NCBI GenBank assembly: GCA_004212155.1
Contig: RXIG01000019.1
Coordinates: 33,144-97,143 of the forward strand
Reading direction: 5' to 3'
Origin: an archaeon
Lineage (GTDB): Archaea > Methanobacteriota_B > Thermococci > Methanofastidiosales > NM3
DNA: 64,000 nucleotides
The notes under the pieces were generated by a model. That model searched no databases and was not told the origin of the DNA. It saw only the letters and a list, made by a program, of their open reading frames with translations. Of the stretch, positions 1-9,670 are shown one piece after another. The translations under genes were made by a program, and so were the position numbers. Position 1 is the first letter of the stretch. Each line of letters begins with the position of its first letter.

Positions 1-777
1 CCCTACAGTTCATCACAAAGCCACAAAACGTTCATAGCATCCATGCGCAAGGCGCTGCGCTCACGCTACCCTTCGCTCACGCAACTCATCGTCACATCGC
101 CGTACGGTGTCGTGCCACGCGAACTCGAAACGCTCATCGATTACGACACGGTCGTAACGGGACGGTGGAGCCATGACGAGGTGGAGCGATCGCGCACGAT
201 GGTGCGTACCATCCTCGAAAAGATGGAGGACCCCTTCGTCATCGCACACCTTCCCGAAAACGAACAGGCGATCCTTGATGGCCTTCCCTGCGACGTGAAG
301 GTGACATGCGACGGCCACCCGCTCTCGGCCCCTTCGATGCGAGCGCTTGAGGATACACTACGAAGCGTGGCCGATCGTATCGACACCGCCGCAAAGTCCC
401 ATGCGCACATGCGCACGCTGTCGCGGTTCCTCTACGGCACCGATGTCTTCGGCGAGGACATACGCATCAAGGGACGAGGGGTCAAACAGGTTTATGAAGG
501 GTCAAGCTGCGTTGCATCGTTTGACAAGACCATCCGTCCCTTCTCGACACATGCGCCAATCCGCAGACGATGGGTATCGATGATGGACTTCGACCTCAAA
601 GGTGACCTCTTCTGTGTCGGCATCGAGGATGCCGACGACGACATACGCCCCGGAGACGAGGTCGTCATCACGCGCAACGGGGAGATGGTCGCCTCGGGCA
701 AGGCGCTCCTTCCCGGCCACATGATGTCCCGCATGCGCAGGGGAAAGGCCGTCAAGGTCAAGAAACGCTGCGGCTAG
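1..777 (+). CDS. ArcS/TgtA2-like archaeosine-synthase family protein, C-terminal part with PUA domain (5' end outside window)
   Basis: Frame 1 is open from base 1, with no stop before the listed ATG at 43. The C-terminal segment DLFCVGIEDADDDIRPGDEVVITRNGEMVASGKALLPGHMM looks like a PUA fold. The preceding region resembles the DUF5591 part of ArcS. By-eye recognition only. Confidence 0.55.
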   Translation, partial: PYSSSQSHKTFIASMRKALRSRYPSLTQLIVTSPYGVVPRELETLIDYDTVVTGRWSHDEVERSRTMVRTILEKMEDPFVIAHLPENEQAILDGLPCDVKVTCDGHPLSAPSMRALEDTLRSVADRIDTAAKSHAHMRTLSRFLYGTDVFGEDIRIKGRGVKQVYEGSSCVASFDKTIRPFSTHAPIRRRWVSMMDFDLKGDLFCVGIEDADDDIRPGDEVVITRNGEMVASGKALLPGHMMSRMRRGKAVKVKKRCG

Positions 778-1628
778 AGCACGTCGAGCACGAGCCCGAT
801 GCCGATCAGTACGAGCGCCCCGCCCCCGATGACAAGCATTGTCGGGACCTCCCCAAGCACAATCCATGCAAGAAAAGACGCGCCGATGGGTTCGGCAACG
901 ATGGTGGCGCTTACCGTCGGAGCTGGAAGGTACTTGAGCGCATAGTTGTAGGCCGTATGCCCCAGGCACGAAGGACCTGCCGCAAGAAGGAAAAAGATCA
1001 CGTAATCTGCAAGCGGATACCCCGTCATAGGGTACCCGAGCGCCAGGGGCAACGCCACAATGAAGAGAAACGAGATAAGATAAACGATGCTCACATATGG
1101 GAGCGTGCCAACGGACCTGCGCACATGACGGCCTATGACCAGATACAGAGCAACGCCAAGCGCACCGCAAAACGCAAGTGTCACCCCTTGTATGGAAAGG
1201 CGCACGATGGCCTCGTTGAGGACGATGACCGCGCCGCCAAGCAGTGCGCACATAAGCCCGACCGAACCCTTTCGCGATATGCCCTCTTTTAAGAGAACCA
1301 TCGACAGGACAAGCACGATGAGCGGTGATGAGTTCACCACAATGACGCTCACGGCGACGCTTGTGTAGAAAAGCGACGAGATCCACGTGGCGAAGTGGAT
1401 ACCAAGCGCGATGCCCGCAACGATCATGAGCGCCGCGTCCCTGCGCGCAAGGCTGCGAAGCGGAGGCCATTCGTTGCGGAGGGTGGTTGCCGTTACCATG
1501 ATGGCGCTGGCGATTCCCATCCGATATGCGGCTATGACAAGCGGGTCAGCACTGCTCAATCGTATGAGAATGCTTGCGGCCGAAACGAAGACAAGACCAC
1601 CCATGAGCATCATGCGCACCGAGTACAC
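774..1628 (-). CDS. EamA/DMT-family permease
   Basis: The 284-aa ORF is almost wholly hydrophobic, with about 10 TM-like stretches in two similar halves. The start is GTG at 1628 or ATG at 1613. Its stop shares the palindrome CTAG (774-777) with the convergent gene. Confidence 0.7.
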   Translation of the reverse strand: MYSVRMMLMGGLVFVSAASILIRLSSADPLVIAAYRMGIASAIMVTATTLRNEWPPLRSLARRDAALMIVAGIALGIHFATWISSLFYTSVAVSVIVVNSSPLIVLVLSMVLLKEGISRKGSVGLMCALLGGAVIVLNEAIVRLSIQGVTLAFCGALGVALYLVIGRHVRRSVGTLPYVSIVYLISFLFIVALPLALGYPMTGYPLADYVIFFLLAAGPSCLGHTAYNYALKYLPAPTVSATIVAEPIGASFLAWIVLGEVPTMLVIGGGALVLIGIGLVLDVL

Positions 1629-1667
1629 ATGTAGAGAACGAAAGACGTCTTTTTAAGAGTTGAGTTG

Positions 1668-1703
1668 AAAGATAAAAAAGAGGGGACAAAAGAAAAAGAA
1701 AGA
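1668..1703 (-). terminator. Oligo-T termination region after the hydrogenase operon
   Basis: Directly after the stop at 1704 the minus strand reads TCTTTCTTTTTCTTTTGTCCCCTCTTTTTTATCTTT. These multiple T-runs are the usual archaeal termination signal. Confidence 0.4.
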
Positions 1704-1967
1704 TCAGATGCGTCGGTCCTTGACCTGTTGTTCGAGGCACTTGAGCTCCTCAACGAGGCTTTCGTATTCCTGAAGCCTGTGCACGAGGATGCCAAGATGC
1801 TCGATGGCAACGACATCGTCCTCACCGTAGATGGGCACGTAGATCTTGATGGCCTCGGGAAAGGGATTGCCCACAAGGACGTCCCTGTACCCAAGATTCG
1901 CCTGATTCTCAACGATGTACCCACCGAGATTCATCACCTGTTTTGGCATGAGTATATACTTAGGCAT
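1704..1967 (-). CDS. Small hydrophilic protein, last gene of the hydrogenase operon (function unknown)
   Basis: The 87-aa ORF lies 12 nt downstream of the NuoH-like gene on the same strand and is followed by the T-rich terminator. It has no TM segment or Cys motif. Its position corresponds to the small soluble gene at the end of ehb-type operons. Confidence 0.5.
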   Translation of the reverse strand: MPKYILMPKQVMNLGGYIVENQANLGYRDVLVGNPFPEAIKIYVPIYGEDDVVAIEHLGILVHRLQEYESLVEELKCLEQQVKDRRI

Positions 1968-1979
1968 TGTTGTTCACCT

Positions 1980-3005
1980 CTAGAGCATGGCCACTATCAG
2001 CCCGATGACACCAAGTGCACTAAATCCCAACGAGAGCGGATAGACCTGCTTGAACGTGAGCACGGGCGTGAACGCGGATACGATCGCAGCACCCACGGGC
2101 AGCAGCATGACGAGTATGATGTGTGGTATGAGCGCCCATCCTATCATGGGAGGGATGCCAAAGTAGAGCGTCACGAAGACGCTTGACATGACAAATATCG
2201 TCACCTCTCGCATGAGGTAGTATCCGGCACGGGCCCATGCGGCGTATTCGAGGGTCGGCCCCTCCACGACATCGGCCTTCGTATGCATGATCGAGAACGG
2301 ATACTCGTTGAGTATAACGAGGTACCCTGCAAAGTATGCGATCGCACCGATGGCCCCCGGCACCGTGAATATGAGCGGGTCGAGCGAGAACAGGTCCCGT
2401 AACACAAACGTCGCGGGATCGAATCCCTGCGCTGAGGCAACGGCCATGATACCGATGCTCCCATACATCACCGCCGGTACGAAGAGGCCGATGTAGAGCG
2501 GAAACGAACCGATCGAGATGAGCTTGAACGTTCGTACCACCGCGACCTGCTCGAAGAATCGGCGTACCTTCCCCTTCATGACCGCGCCCTTCACTTGATC
2601 GGGATAGGGCATCCTCACGGAAAGGATCGACTTCGAAAGATTCCCCATGAACAGATAGAGCATCTCCTCGACCTTCATGAGGCCCGCGATCGCAACGAGC
2701 GTGCCAAGCGTGAGTACCGTCTCCCATGCAGGCGTCGTGAGGAGTATGATGAAGAACATTAGGAATATGCCGATGACCGGAAGCGAGTGGTAAAGGCGAG
2801 GCATGGGCGAGACAGGACGTATGCGCTCCTTGTAGAGGAACTTGAAAAATGCCCAGAATCCAGGCGTGAGCACGGGTGGACCGATGCGGAGCTGGATACG
2901 TGCCTGTATCTTCCGCATGATTCCCGGCAGCCATGTCGAGACGACAAAGGCCACGATTGGGATGCAGACGGTCGTTATGGCAAAGTCAATCCAGTCCATC
3001 ATCAC
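1980..3005 (-). CDS. NuoH/HycD/EhbO-like integral membrane subunit of group-4 hydrogenase
   Basis: This 341-aa polytopic membrane protein has the NuoH-like pattern (RKIQARIQLRIGP near the N-terminus). It overlaps the large-subunit stop by 4 nt. Confidence 0.8.
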   Translation of the reverse strand: MMMDWIDFAITTVCIPIVAFVVSTWLPGIMRKIQARIQLRIGPPVLTPGFWAFFKFLYKERIRPVSPMPRLYHSLPVIGIFLMFFIILLTTPAWETVLTLGTLVAIAGLMKVEEMLYLFMGNLSKSILSVRMPYPDQVKGAVMKGKVRRFFEQVAVVRTFKLISIGSFPLYIGLFVPAVMYGSIGIMAVASAQGFDPATFVLRDLFSLDPLIFTVPGAIGAIAYFAGYLVILNEYPFSIMHTKADVVEGPTLEYAAWARAGYYLMREVTIFVMSSVFVTLYFGIPPMIGWALIPHIILVMLLPVGAAIVSAFTPVLTFKQVYPLSLGFSALGVIGLIVAML

Positions 3006-4189
3006 ACCCTCCTCGCAAGACGAAGGACGTCCTCTGGCTCCATGACATAGTTGGTACCCTTTTTCTCGTCAACGACGGTCATGCGATTGGTGCAGGTAAG
3101 GCACGGGTCGCACGAGGCGATGGTGATGCTCGCATCGGTCAGATGGTCGCCGATGCAGGACACCTCCATTGCCGAAAGCGATGACATCGACGGCGTCCTG
3201 TTGATGTAGCTGCGTATCCTTCCAACCTCGTCGAGCGCACACGAGTCGTATATCTCACCGCGTGCGGCCTCGTTGTACGACGTCGAGTACCCCATGGCAC
3301 CTAGCTCGAAATCGACGTTGGTCGGGTCCTCGTCCGGGAGCGTCTCGAGCGCCTGGCGTATGATCTTTATCGACTCCAAGCATTCAAACACCCTGCATGC
3401 CACACGGTCGAGCACGGTGCCGCCGTCGCGTACGATGACCTCGAAGTCGAAATGGTCGCGGTACTCGGGAAGCTTGTAGCGCCAGTCGAAGTCGATGCCC
3501 GATGCGCGCATGTTTGGTCCCAGAGCACCGTACTTGACGGCGTCCTCCTTGCTGAGATAGCCGATCTCCTTGATACGGGACACGATGAATGGATCGTTGA
3601 GCACACGGGCCGCGAACTCGCGCAGGTCGGTCTCGAGCTTGTCGATCATCGAAAACATCGTCTGGCGTTTCTCATGGGATATGTCGGCGCGAGGGCGTAT
3701 GCCCCCTAACACCGGTATGGTGTAGTGCACCCTGTTGCCCGAGAGGACGAACAAGATGTTTTGCACCGGCTCCCTGACCATGAAGCAACGCATCGAGAAC
3801 GTCTCATGGCCGAGGATCTCGAATGCGTGACCCAGATAGAGCAGGTGGGAGTGCAAACGTTCGAGCTCGTTTCCTATCACCCTGATGTGGTGCGCACGCT
3901 GGGGAACATCGATGCCAAGCCCTCGCTCGACCATGCGCGTTCCGTTCCATATGTGGATGTGCGAGCATATGCCGCAGATGCGCTCGGTGAGGATGAGGCC
4001 CTTTTGTATCGGCATGCCCTCCATGATGCGTTCGATTCCGCGGTGTGCGGTATCGTAGGTGATCTCGGCATCGACGACGACCTCGTCATCGACGAAAAGG
4101 CGTATCCTGAACGGTTCCAAGAGGGCCGAGTGGACCATGCCCATCGGCACTTCGACCTCTGCCCTGTCCTTTCGATCTGTATCAGCCAT
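3002..4189 (-). CDS. [NiFe]-hydrogenase large subunit, group 4 (NuoD-like)
   Basis: The N-terminal Ni-ligand motif RICGICSHIH and the C-terminal motif DPCLTCTNR are both present. I moved the start to ATG 4189 (MADTDRKD...) because the listed 4267 start overlaps the small-subunit gene. Confidence 0.9.
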   Translation of the reverse strand: MADTDRKDRAEVEVPMGMVHSALLEPFRIRLFVDDEVVVDAEITYDTAHRGIERIMEGMPIQKGLILTERICGICSHIHIWNGTRMVERGLGIDVPQRAHHIRVIGNELERLHSHLLYLGHAFEILGHETFSMRCFMVREPVQNILFVLSGNRVHYTIPVLGGIRPRADISHEKRQTMFSMIDKLETDLREFAARVLNDPFIVSRIKEIGYLSKEDAVKYGALGPNMRASGIDFDWRYKLPEYRDHFDFEVIVRDGGTVLDRVACRVFECLESIKIIRQALETLPDEDPTNVDFELGAMGYSTSYNEAARGEIYDSCALDEVGRIRSYINRTPSMSSLSAMEVSCIGDHLTDASITIASCDPCLTCTNRMTVVDEKKGTNYVMEPEDVLRLARRV

Positions 4190-4194
4190 CTCGA

Positions 4195-4641
4195 TCACCT
4201 CTTCCCCGCAAGTATTGGTATGACCGATGCGACGGCCTGAAGGATGTCCTCGGGCCGTGGCGGGCATCCGGGGATGTATGCATCAACGGGAATCACCTTG
4301 TTGACACCGCCAACGATCTGGTCAGAGCTGCCAAGGTCGCCCCCGAGATTTGCGTAGGGGCCGCCAATGATGGCACATGTGCCGATGGCAGCGACGAGCT
4401 TTGGTTCGGGTATCGCCGCGTAGATCTCCTTGAGGGCGGGCTCCATCTTCCTCGTGACAGGACCCGTGACGGCCAGTATGTCGGCCTCGCGGGGATTCCA
4501 TGTGAGCATGACCTTATACTGTTCAAGGTCGTAGAAGGGCGACATGACCGCATTGACGACCTCGATGTCGCACCCATTGCACCCGCCGGTATAGACGAGC
4601 ATGATGTGAACAGCGTTTTTCCTGGATATTTCTTTCAACAT
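4195..4641 (-). CDS. [NiFe]-hydrogenase small subunit, NuoB-like (single proximal [4Fe-4S])
   Basis: 148 aa with the Cys pattern GGCNGC ... GTCA ... GCPPRP, typical of NuoB/EchC/MbhJ-type small subunits. Confidence 0.9.
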   Translation of the reverse strand: MLKEISRKNAVHIMLVYTGGCNGCDIEVVNAVMSPFYDLEQYKVMLTWNPREADILAVTGPVTRKMEPALKEIYAAIPEPKLVAAIGTCAIIGGPYANLGGDLGSSDQIVGGVNKVIPVDAYIPGCPPRPEDILQAVASVIPILAGKR

Positions 4642-5132
4642 TATGAGCCCTCCTTGAGAAGATTCCTTGCCTTTTCATCCAAAAGCGATATCACTGCCTC
4701 GAACTCCTTATCGTCCTTCATTACGATCGGTTGCTGCAACAGCTCTGCAAGATTGACGTCGAACTCGCCTACATGACGCGGATGGATGGCAGCCGGTTTG
4801 CCGTAGAACGCAAAGATGGGGCAGCTGTCATGGCACTGGAAGCAGTACATGCACTTCATCGGGTCGAACACAGGGTGTTTTTCCTTGACGTAGTCCTTGG
4901 TGATCTCCACCGGTTCCTCCAAGTCTTCCATATGGATCGCATCGACGGGACAGATGTTCGCGCATGCGCTGCAGCCGATGCACGCATTTTCATTTACCAC
5001 CTTCGGGTATGTGATCTGGCCCGTGGCTATCTTGTTGCGCATGGGAATCGATGTCTTGCGTTCGTTCGCAAAGAGTATGCGCCCGAGATTGTTATATGCG
5101 CCCTTGAACATGAAGACGATCATGCGCTTCAT
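4641..5132 (-). CDS. 2x[4Fe-4S] ferredoxin subunit (NuoI/EhbL-like)
   Basis: Two CxxCxxCxxxCP motifs are present ([24 protein letters not shown]). The gene is coupled to both flanking genes by overlapping start and stop codons. Confidence 0.8.
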   Translation of the reverse strand: MKRMIVFMFKGAYNNLGRILFANERKTSIPMRNKIATGQITYPKVVNENACIGCSACANICPVDAIHMEDLEEPVEITKDYVKEKHPVFDPMKCMYCFQCHDSCPIFAFYGKPAAIHPRHVGEFDVNLAELLQQPIVMKDDKEFEAVISLLDEKARNLLKEGS

Positions 5133-6466
5133 TCGCTCACCTCCTTCGTTCTCCCATCGATGATGACGTCATCGATCTCAGTGGTCACGCGCACGGCATG
5201 GGCTGGGCAGATGTTGTCGCACGCACCGCAGAAGATGCATTTGTCAAGGTCCCATTCCAGGTCGTCCGATATGGCGTCAGTGGGACATATTTCCACGCAC
5301 TTCTTGCAGTCGACACAGAGATTGGGCTTGTATTCCACCGAGCCGCCGCGTACCTCCATCTTGTCATAGGGTGTGAAGGGTATGGCGTTGAAGGGACATA
5401 CCATCGAGCACACCCCGCAGAGGTCGCATGTGTCGAGGTCGACATGGAATCCATCCTTGTCGACGTAGATGCATTCGCGGGGACACATCTCCATGCAGAG
5501 GCCACAGCGAACGCAGTCCTCCGTCACGTCGCCCTGCCACTTCGTCTTCTTGAGCGTTATGGCCTTTTCGGGGCATGCCTTCACGCAGCGTCCGCAAAGG
5601 ATGCAGTGTCCCTGGTAGAGGCCCTCCTCGCTCCGATGGCGCATGTCGTAGGGACAGACGAGCAGGCAGAGGCCGCACTCGGTGCACTTGTCGTCCTCGT
5701 AGACGATGCGAGGCCCTTTGCGTTTGAGCGCTCCAAAGTGGCAAGCGTCAACGCAGTTGTTGCAGTTGACACAGTAACGTATGTGAGCTTCGTTCTCGCC
5801 TGTGTTGATCGTTATCGTGCCATCAACCATGGAGATGGCGTCGACGGGGCAGTTGCGCACACACTTGTAGCACTTAATGCAGCGCTTGTCGCTGACCTCA
5901 GGCACATTGATCGCATTCGTGGGGCAAATCTCCTCACACAGCTTGCAATCGGTGCACACGCCCCGCGGTGCGTCGAGGATCATGGCATTGGCAGGACATA
6001 TGTTCCTGCACCTGCCGCAGTTCGTGCATTTCTCCCTGTCGATGAATACCGATGTTTTCGATACCTCGTTCTTCTTGGTCGAGGTCACCGGTTCCTCGAT
6101 GTTCTCAAACGACTTGTTGTCAACGTCGTATGCGATCAATCCTGTGACGTTCTTCTTTGCGCTCACAGGGCATACATCGGCGCAGACTCCGCACATCGAG
6201 CATTCCCCGTAGGATGAATCGTCGATGAGTTGTATGAACCTGAACGGGCAGTTCTTCACGCAGATGCCGCAGCCCGTGCACAGCTCCCTGTCGACGACAT
6301 AGCCGCCGTACTGATTCTTGAAGATGGCCTTGGAGGGGCACACCTCGGCACACTTGCCGCACGTGACGCAGTTGAACGCTTTCTTGTCAGTGGTGAGTAT
6401 CGCGTGTGTGGGACATGCCTCGACACAATTTAAGCACAAGGTACAGTCGTCAGTTGTGTAGTACAT
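5129..6466 (-). CDS. Polyferredoxin with 14 [4Fe-4S]-binding motifs (EhbK-like)
   Basis: I counted 14 CxxCxxCxxxC(P/H) motifs in the 445-aa translation. Thirteen end in CP and one ends in CH (CVNCNNCVDACH). Confidence 0.9.
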   Translation of the reverse strand: MYYTTDDCTLCLNCVEACPTHAILTTDKKAFNCVTCGKCAEVCPSKAIFKNQYGGYVVDRELCTGCGICVKNCPFRFIQLIDDSSYGECSMCGVCADVCPVSAKKNVTGLIAYDVDNKSFENIEEPVTSTKKNEVSKTSVFIDREKCTNCGRCRNICPANAMILDAPRGVCTDCKLCEEICPTNAINVPEVSDKRCIKCYKCVRNCPVDAISMVDGTITINTGENEAHIRYCVNCNNCVDACHFGALKRKGPRIVYEDDKCTECGLCLLVCPYDMRHRSEEGLYQGHCILCGRCVKACPEKAITLKKTKWQGDVTEDCVRCGLCMEMCPRECIYVDKDGFHVDLDTCDLCGVCSMVCPFNAIPFTPYDKMEVRGGSVEYKPNLCVDCKKCVEICPTDAISDDLEWDLDKCIFCGACDNICPAHAVRVTTEIDDVIIDGRTKEVSE

Positions 6467-6469
6467 TGA

Positions 6470-6718
6470 TTACTTCCCCCCTATGGCCTTTCCTATCAGC
6501 AGCCCGACGATGATGGAGAAGAAGATGCCCGATACGGGTAACTCCATGCCTATCTCCCACGTGTAGAAGGGAAAGCTTCCCATCATGACATCGATAAAAA
6601 TCGATAACCCAACCACCGTAGCGTAGGTCTTTGCATTGAAGTAGTCGCCGCGGATGAACGTGCCAAGCACCACACCGAGCACGAGGGCGATAACGAGGAC
6701 ACCAATAAGCGTGCTCAT
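6470..6718 (-). CDS. Small integral membrane subunit of the hydrogenase/Mrp module
   Basis: 82 aa with three hydrophobic helices. It overlaps its upstream neighbour by 4 nt and lies 3 nt from its downstream neighbour. Confidence 0.55.
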   Translation of the reverse strand: MSTLIGVLVIALVLGVVLGTFIRGDYFNAKTYATVVGLSIFIDVMMGSFPFYTWEIGMELPVSGIFFSIIVGLLIGKAIGGK

Positions 6719-7479
6719 TTCTTCTCAGCCCCCATAAGGAGTGTCGCGATGGTGCAAAAGCCGCTTAGCACCTTGAGCGCAATGCCAATGTTGAGATATG
6801 GTATGATGCCTGCGTTGGTCGAGTCAGGATACTTCAGGAGCTCCTGGAGCGTCTCTCCGACGCCGAGAGGGTAGATATTTGCCCCCACGTTGTAGAGGTA
6901 GTATCCCGACACGGCAAGACCTACGAGACCAAGGCACAGATAGATTAGCGCGCCGATGCCCTCCAGTCGCTCGAGGTTATGGTGTGATATGCTAAACACG
7001 TTGTGCTTGAATCCAAAGACGACGACTGAAAGGAAGAACGCCGTGGCGATCACCGACCCGCCCTGGAATCCTCCGCCCGGGGTGATGTGGCCACCGAGGG
7101 TAAGCACCAGACCGAGCGCGACGATGATGAAGACGAGCGGCGCCGAAAAGATCTTTTGCACAACGGTCGGAGGCCTGACGGGCGTCGTGTCCTTCTGGCT
7201 CACGTCGCCGCCGAGCACGCCGCGCCCGAAGAGTATTCCCGTGGTGAAGACGGCAGTTATGAGTATGAACGCCTCGCCGAGGGTATCGTAGGCTCGCCAG
7301 TCAAATAGGACGACGGTCACCATATTCGGGGCTATGAGCGGCCCTTTCAGGTTGTATATGTAGCTCGTTCCCGGTATGATGTCGAAGTTGAACATTGAAT
7401 GTATGAGGAAATAGGAGAAGATGCCCAAAAATACTGCAGCCAACAAGTTCCTCATCTGTTGTGATCCTCTGTCCTCCAT
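6715..7479 (-). CDS. MnhB/MrpB-like membrane subunit
   Basis: This 254-aa polytopic protein has the MnhB-domain pattern (TVVLFDWRAYDTLGE...). It lies within the operon. Confidence 0.7.
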   Translation of the reverse strand: MEDRGSQQMRNLLAAVFLGIFSYFLIHSMFNFDIIPGTSYIYNLKGPLIAPNMVTVVLFDWRAYDTLGEAFILITAVFTTGILFGRGVLGGDVSQKDTTPVRPPTVVQKIFSAPLVFIIVALGLVLTLGGHITPGGGFQGGSVIATAFFLSVVVFGFKHNVFSISHHNLERLEGIGALIYLCLGLVGLAVSGYYLYNVGANIYPLGVGETLQELLKYPDSTNAGIIPYLNIGIALKVLSGFCTIATLLMGAEKK

Positions 7480-7490
7480 GATGATGCCTC

Positions 7491-7796
7491 CTAGAATCCC
7501 CCTACGATGATGAACAGCACGAGTCCCATCACGATGGCGACATAGAATGCTGCGGTATTGAAGTGATAGTTGTTCTCCCTGTTCGCCCGTAGCACGAGCG
7601 GCATCGTGATCGCGATGGCCGCGGTGAGGAGGATGGCAAGCACTGCCACTGTGATGTTGTTGAGCCCTCGCACCAGTGCGACGAAGACGAGCGGGAAGAA
7701 CACGAGGAACATGTACTCGGCTGCAAGGCCGCTGCCAACGTGCGTGCCCCCGAATGATTTGAGCTTGTCATGCAAGTAGTCGTAGATATCGTCCAT
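7491..7796 (-). CDS. Small integral membrane subunit of the hydrogenase/Mrp module
   Basis: 101 aa with three TM-like helices. It lies between the MnhD-like and MnhB-like genes on the same strand. Confidence 0.55.
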   Translation of the reverse strand: MDDIYDYLHDKLKSFGGTHVGSGLAAEYMFLVFFPLVFVALVRGLNNITVAVLAILLTAAIAITMPLVLRANRENNYHFNTAAFYVAIVMGLVLFIIVGGF

Positions 7797-7799
7797 TGT

Positions 7800-9281
7800 T
7801 TACCACCCCACCATTACGTTGAGTGCGACGTCAGCTATCCTGTCATAGAACGGCATAGGAAACAGCCCGATGCCGATGCATGCCAGGCACAGTATGACGA
7901 GTGCAGCGAGCGTGACCTTGGGCAATGCGTTGCTGATACGCACCTTCTCGAGCGCCATGACCGTCGTCTCCTCGCGTAGGAACGTGAGGTAGAATCCCTT
8001 CATCAGCGCAACGAATGTGAGTATCGTGCCAAGGATCACCAGCACACCGAGCTCGGGGTATCCTGCGGCCACCGTCGATTCGATGATCCGGAACTCGCTC
8101 TGATATGCGTTAAACGGGGGTATGCCCGACACGGCGAGGATGCCGATGATCTGCAGGAATGCAAGACGCGGCGCCTTTGAGAGCAGCCCCCCGAGCTTCG
8201 TGAGATCTGAGGTCTTCGCCCGCTCGTATATGAAGTACACAGTGATGAAAAGCAGCGACATGGCGATTGCATCGTTGATGGCATGGAATATCCCGGCCGC
8301 GATGCCTGCCGCCGTGCCGAGGCTTATGCCCACGCCGACCAGCCCTGCCTGTGAAACAGCGCTGTATGCAAGGAGCCGGCGAAAGTCTGTCTGCATCATT
8401 GCCATAACGGCACCAAATACCATCGTCGCTATCGAGAGGCCGAGCATGACTGCCGTCATGTTCGAATAACCACCAAAGAGCCGAAGCAAGATGATGCCTA
8501 TAGCTACGAGCATGAGCTTCGTCTCGGTCTGGAGGAGCGCTGCAACATCGGGCTTGGCCGCGCTGTAGAGATTTGACTTGATCGAGTGGAAGGGGAAGAT
8601 CCCCGATTCGAACAGCCATCCTATTACGAGCAATGCCACCGCGGTCAGCACCACGGGATCGCCGACGGAGCCGCCAATCGCCTGGTGCAAATCGCTGATG
8701 TTGAGCACACCGTAGGTACCAAGGAGCAGCGCGATCCCGAAGAGGATGGAACCCCCTGCTATTCCGCCGAAGACGAGGTATTTGAACGCTGCCTTGTACG
8801 CATCCGCACCTCCATGCGCGATGACAATGGCCGCCTGGGATATTGTTGCGATCTCGATGAAGACGAACATGTTGAAGATGTCGTTTACCATCACGACGGC
8901 GCTCACGGCAGCAATGCTGAGCATGATCATCGAGAGGTAAACGCCTGATACGCGTTTTTCATTTGACGTATGTGATACGACCACGAAGGTCGCTATGACG
9001 GCAAGCAAGAATACGAGGGCCTTTTGCAAGAAGGCGAACGAATACTCGATGGCAAGGTTGATCTCGGGGATGACGATCTTTGAGGCTGGAAGCGCGTCGT
9101 CGACCGGATGGGCACCAAAGAGGTGTGACCCGTAGGCTGTAAGAAGCGGCACCGCCAAAACGACGATCATCGCCACCGTGCCGAAGATGCGCACCGCACG
9201 CTGCTTGCCATGCATGAGGTTGAGAAGGATTGCAGCAATAAGCGGAAAGACCACCATGAGGGGTATGAGCTCTGAGTTCAT
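7800..9281 (-). CDS. MnhD/MrpD / NuoL-M-N-type antiporter-like subunit
   Basis: This 493-aa protein is highly hydrophobic, with about 14 TM segments, and has the proton-pumping antiporter-like architecture. Its start overlaps the MnhC-like stop in ATGA. Confidence 0.85.
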   Translation of the reverse strand: MNSELIPLMVVFPLIAAILLNLMHGKQRAVRIFGTVAMIVVLAVPLLTAYGSHLFGAHPVDDALPASKIVIPEINLAIEYSFAFLQKALVFLLAVIATFVVVSHTSNEKRVSGVYLSMIMLSIAAVSAVVMVNDIFNMFVFIEIATISQAAIVIAHGGADAYKAAFKYLVFGGIAGGSILFGIALLLGTYGVLNISDLHQAIGGSVGDPVVLTAVALLVIGWLFESGIFPFHSIKSNLYSAAKPDVAALLQTETKLMLVAIGIILLRLFGGYSNMTAVMLGLSIATMVFGAVMAMMQTDFRRLLAYSAVSQAGLVGVGISLGTAAGIAAGIFHAINDAIAMSLLFITVYFIYERAKTSDLTKLGGLLSKAPRLAFLQIIGILAVSGIPPFNAYQSEFRIIESTVAAGYPELGVLVILGTILTFVALMKGFYLTFLREETTVMALEKVRISNALPKVTLAALVILCLACIGIGLFPMPFYDRIADVALNVMVGW

Positions 9282-9670
9282 GATTCGTCCTCCTTGAATA
9301 TTGTTGTTACCGAAAGTGAGTTGTACCGTTGATAGAGCTTAATCGTGAGTCCTAGGAGCACCGCAAGCGTTGAAGCACCGATCACGATGTTGGTAAGCAC
9401 GAGGGCAAACGGCAATGAATATGCTGCCTGGTCGGCAAAGCCTTGGAACAATCCGGAGGCATTGTTGTAGAGCTCCTCACCGATGATGGGCACGATGCCA
9501 CCCGGCTTGAATCCCGACGTGATGAGCACGAGATTCACGGCATCGCCTATGAGCATGACCCCGATTACCTTCTTGATGAGATTTTCCATGAAGACGATCG
9601 CATACAGACCTACGATGAACATGAGCCCCGCAGTCACAAATGACCAAACCTGTACATCAGCGCCATTCAT
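9278..9670 (-). CDS. MnhC/MrpC (NuoK-like) membrane subunit
   Basis: 130 aa with three TM helices and the MnhC-like core VIGVMLIGDAVNLVLI. Confidence 0.75.
   Translation of the reverse strand: MNGADVQVWSFVTAGLMFIVGLYAIVFMENLIKKVIGVMLIGDAVNLVLITSGFKPGGIVPIIGEELYNNASGLFQGFADQAAYSLPFALVLTNIVIGASTLAVLLGLTIKLYQRYNSLSVTTIFKEDES

Noticed and set aside
502-1470. Long antisense or out-of-frame ORFs throughout the window: 502-1470(-), 2020-2934(-), 5198-6217(+), 12511-13782(-), 22219-22989(-), 43240-44532(+), 44984-45706(-), 50112-50897(-), 60038-61528(+)
   Set aside because: Each lies entirely within, and on the opposite strand or in another frame of, a gene with clear family motifs. Their translations are Arg/His/Ala/Gly-rich low-complexity strings typical of shadow ORFs in GC-rich DNA.
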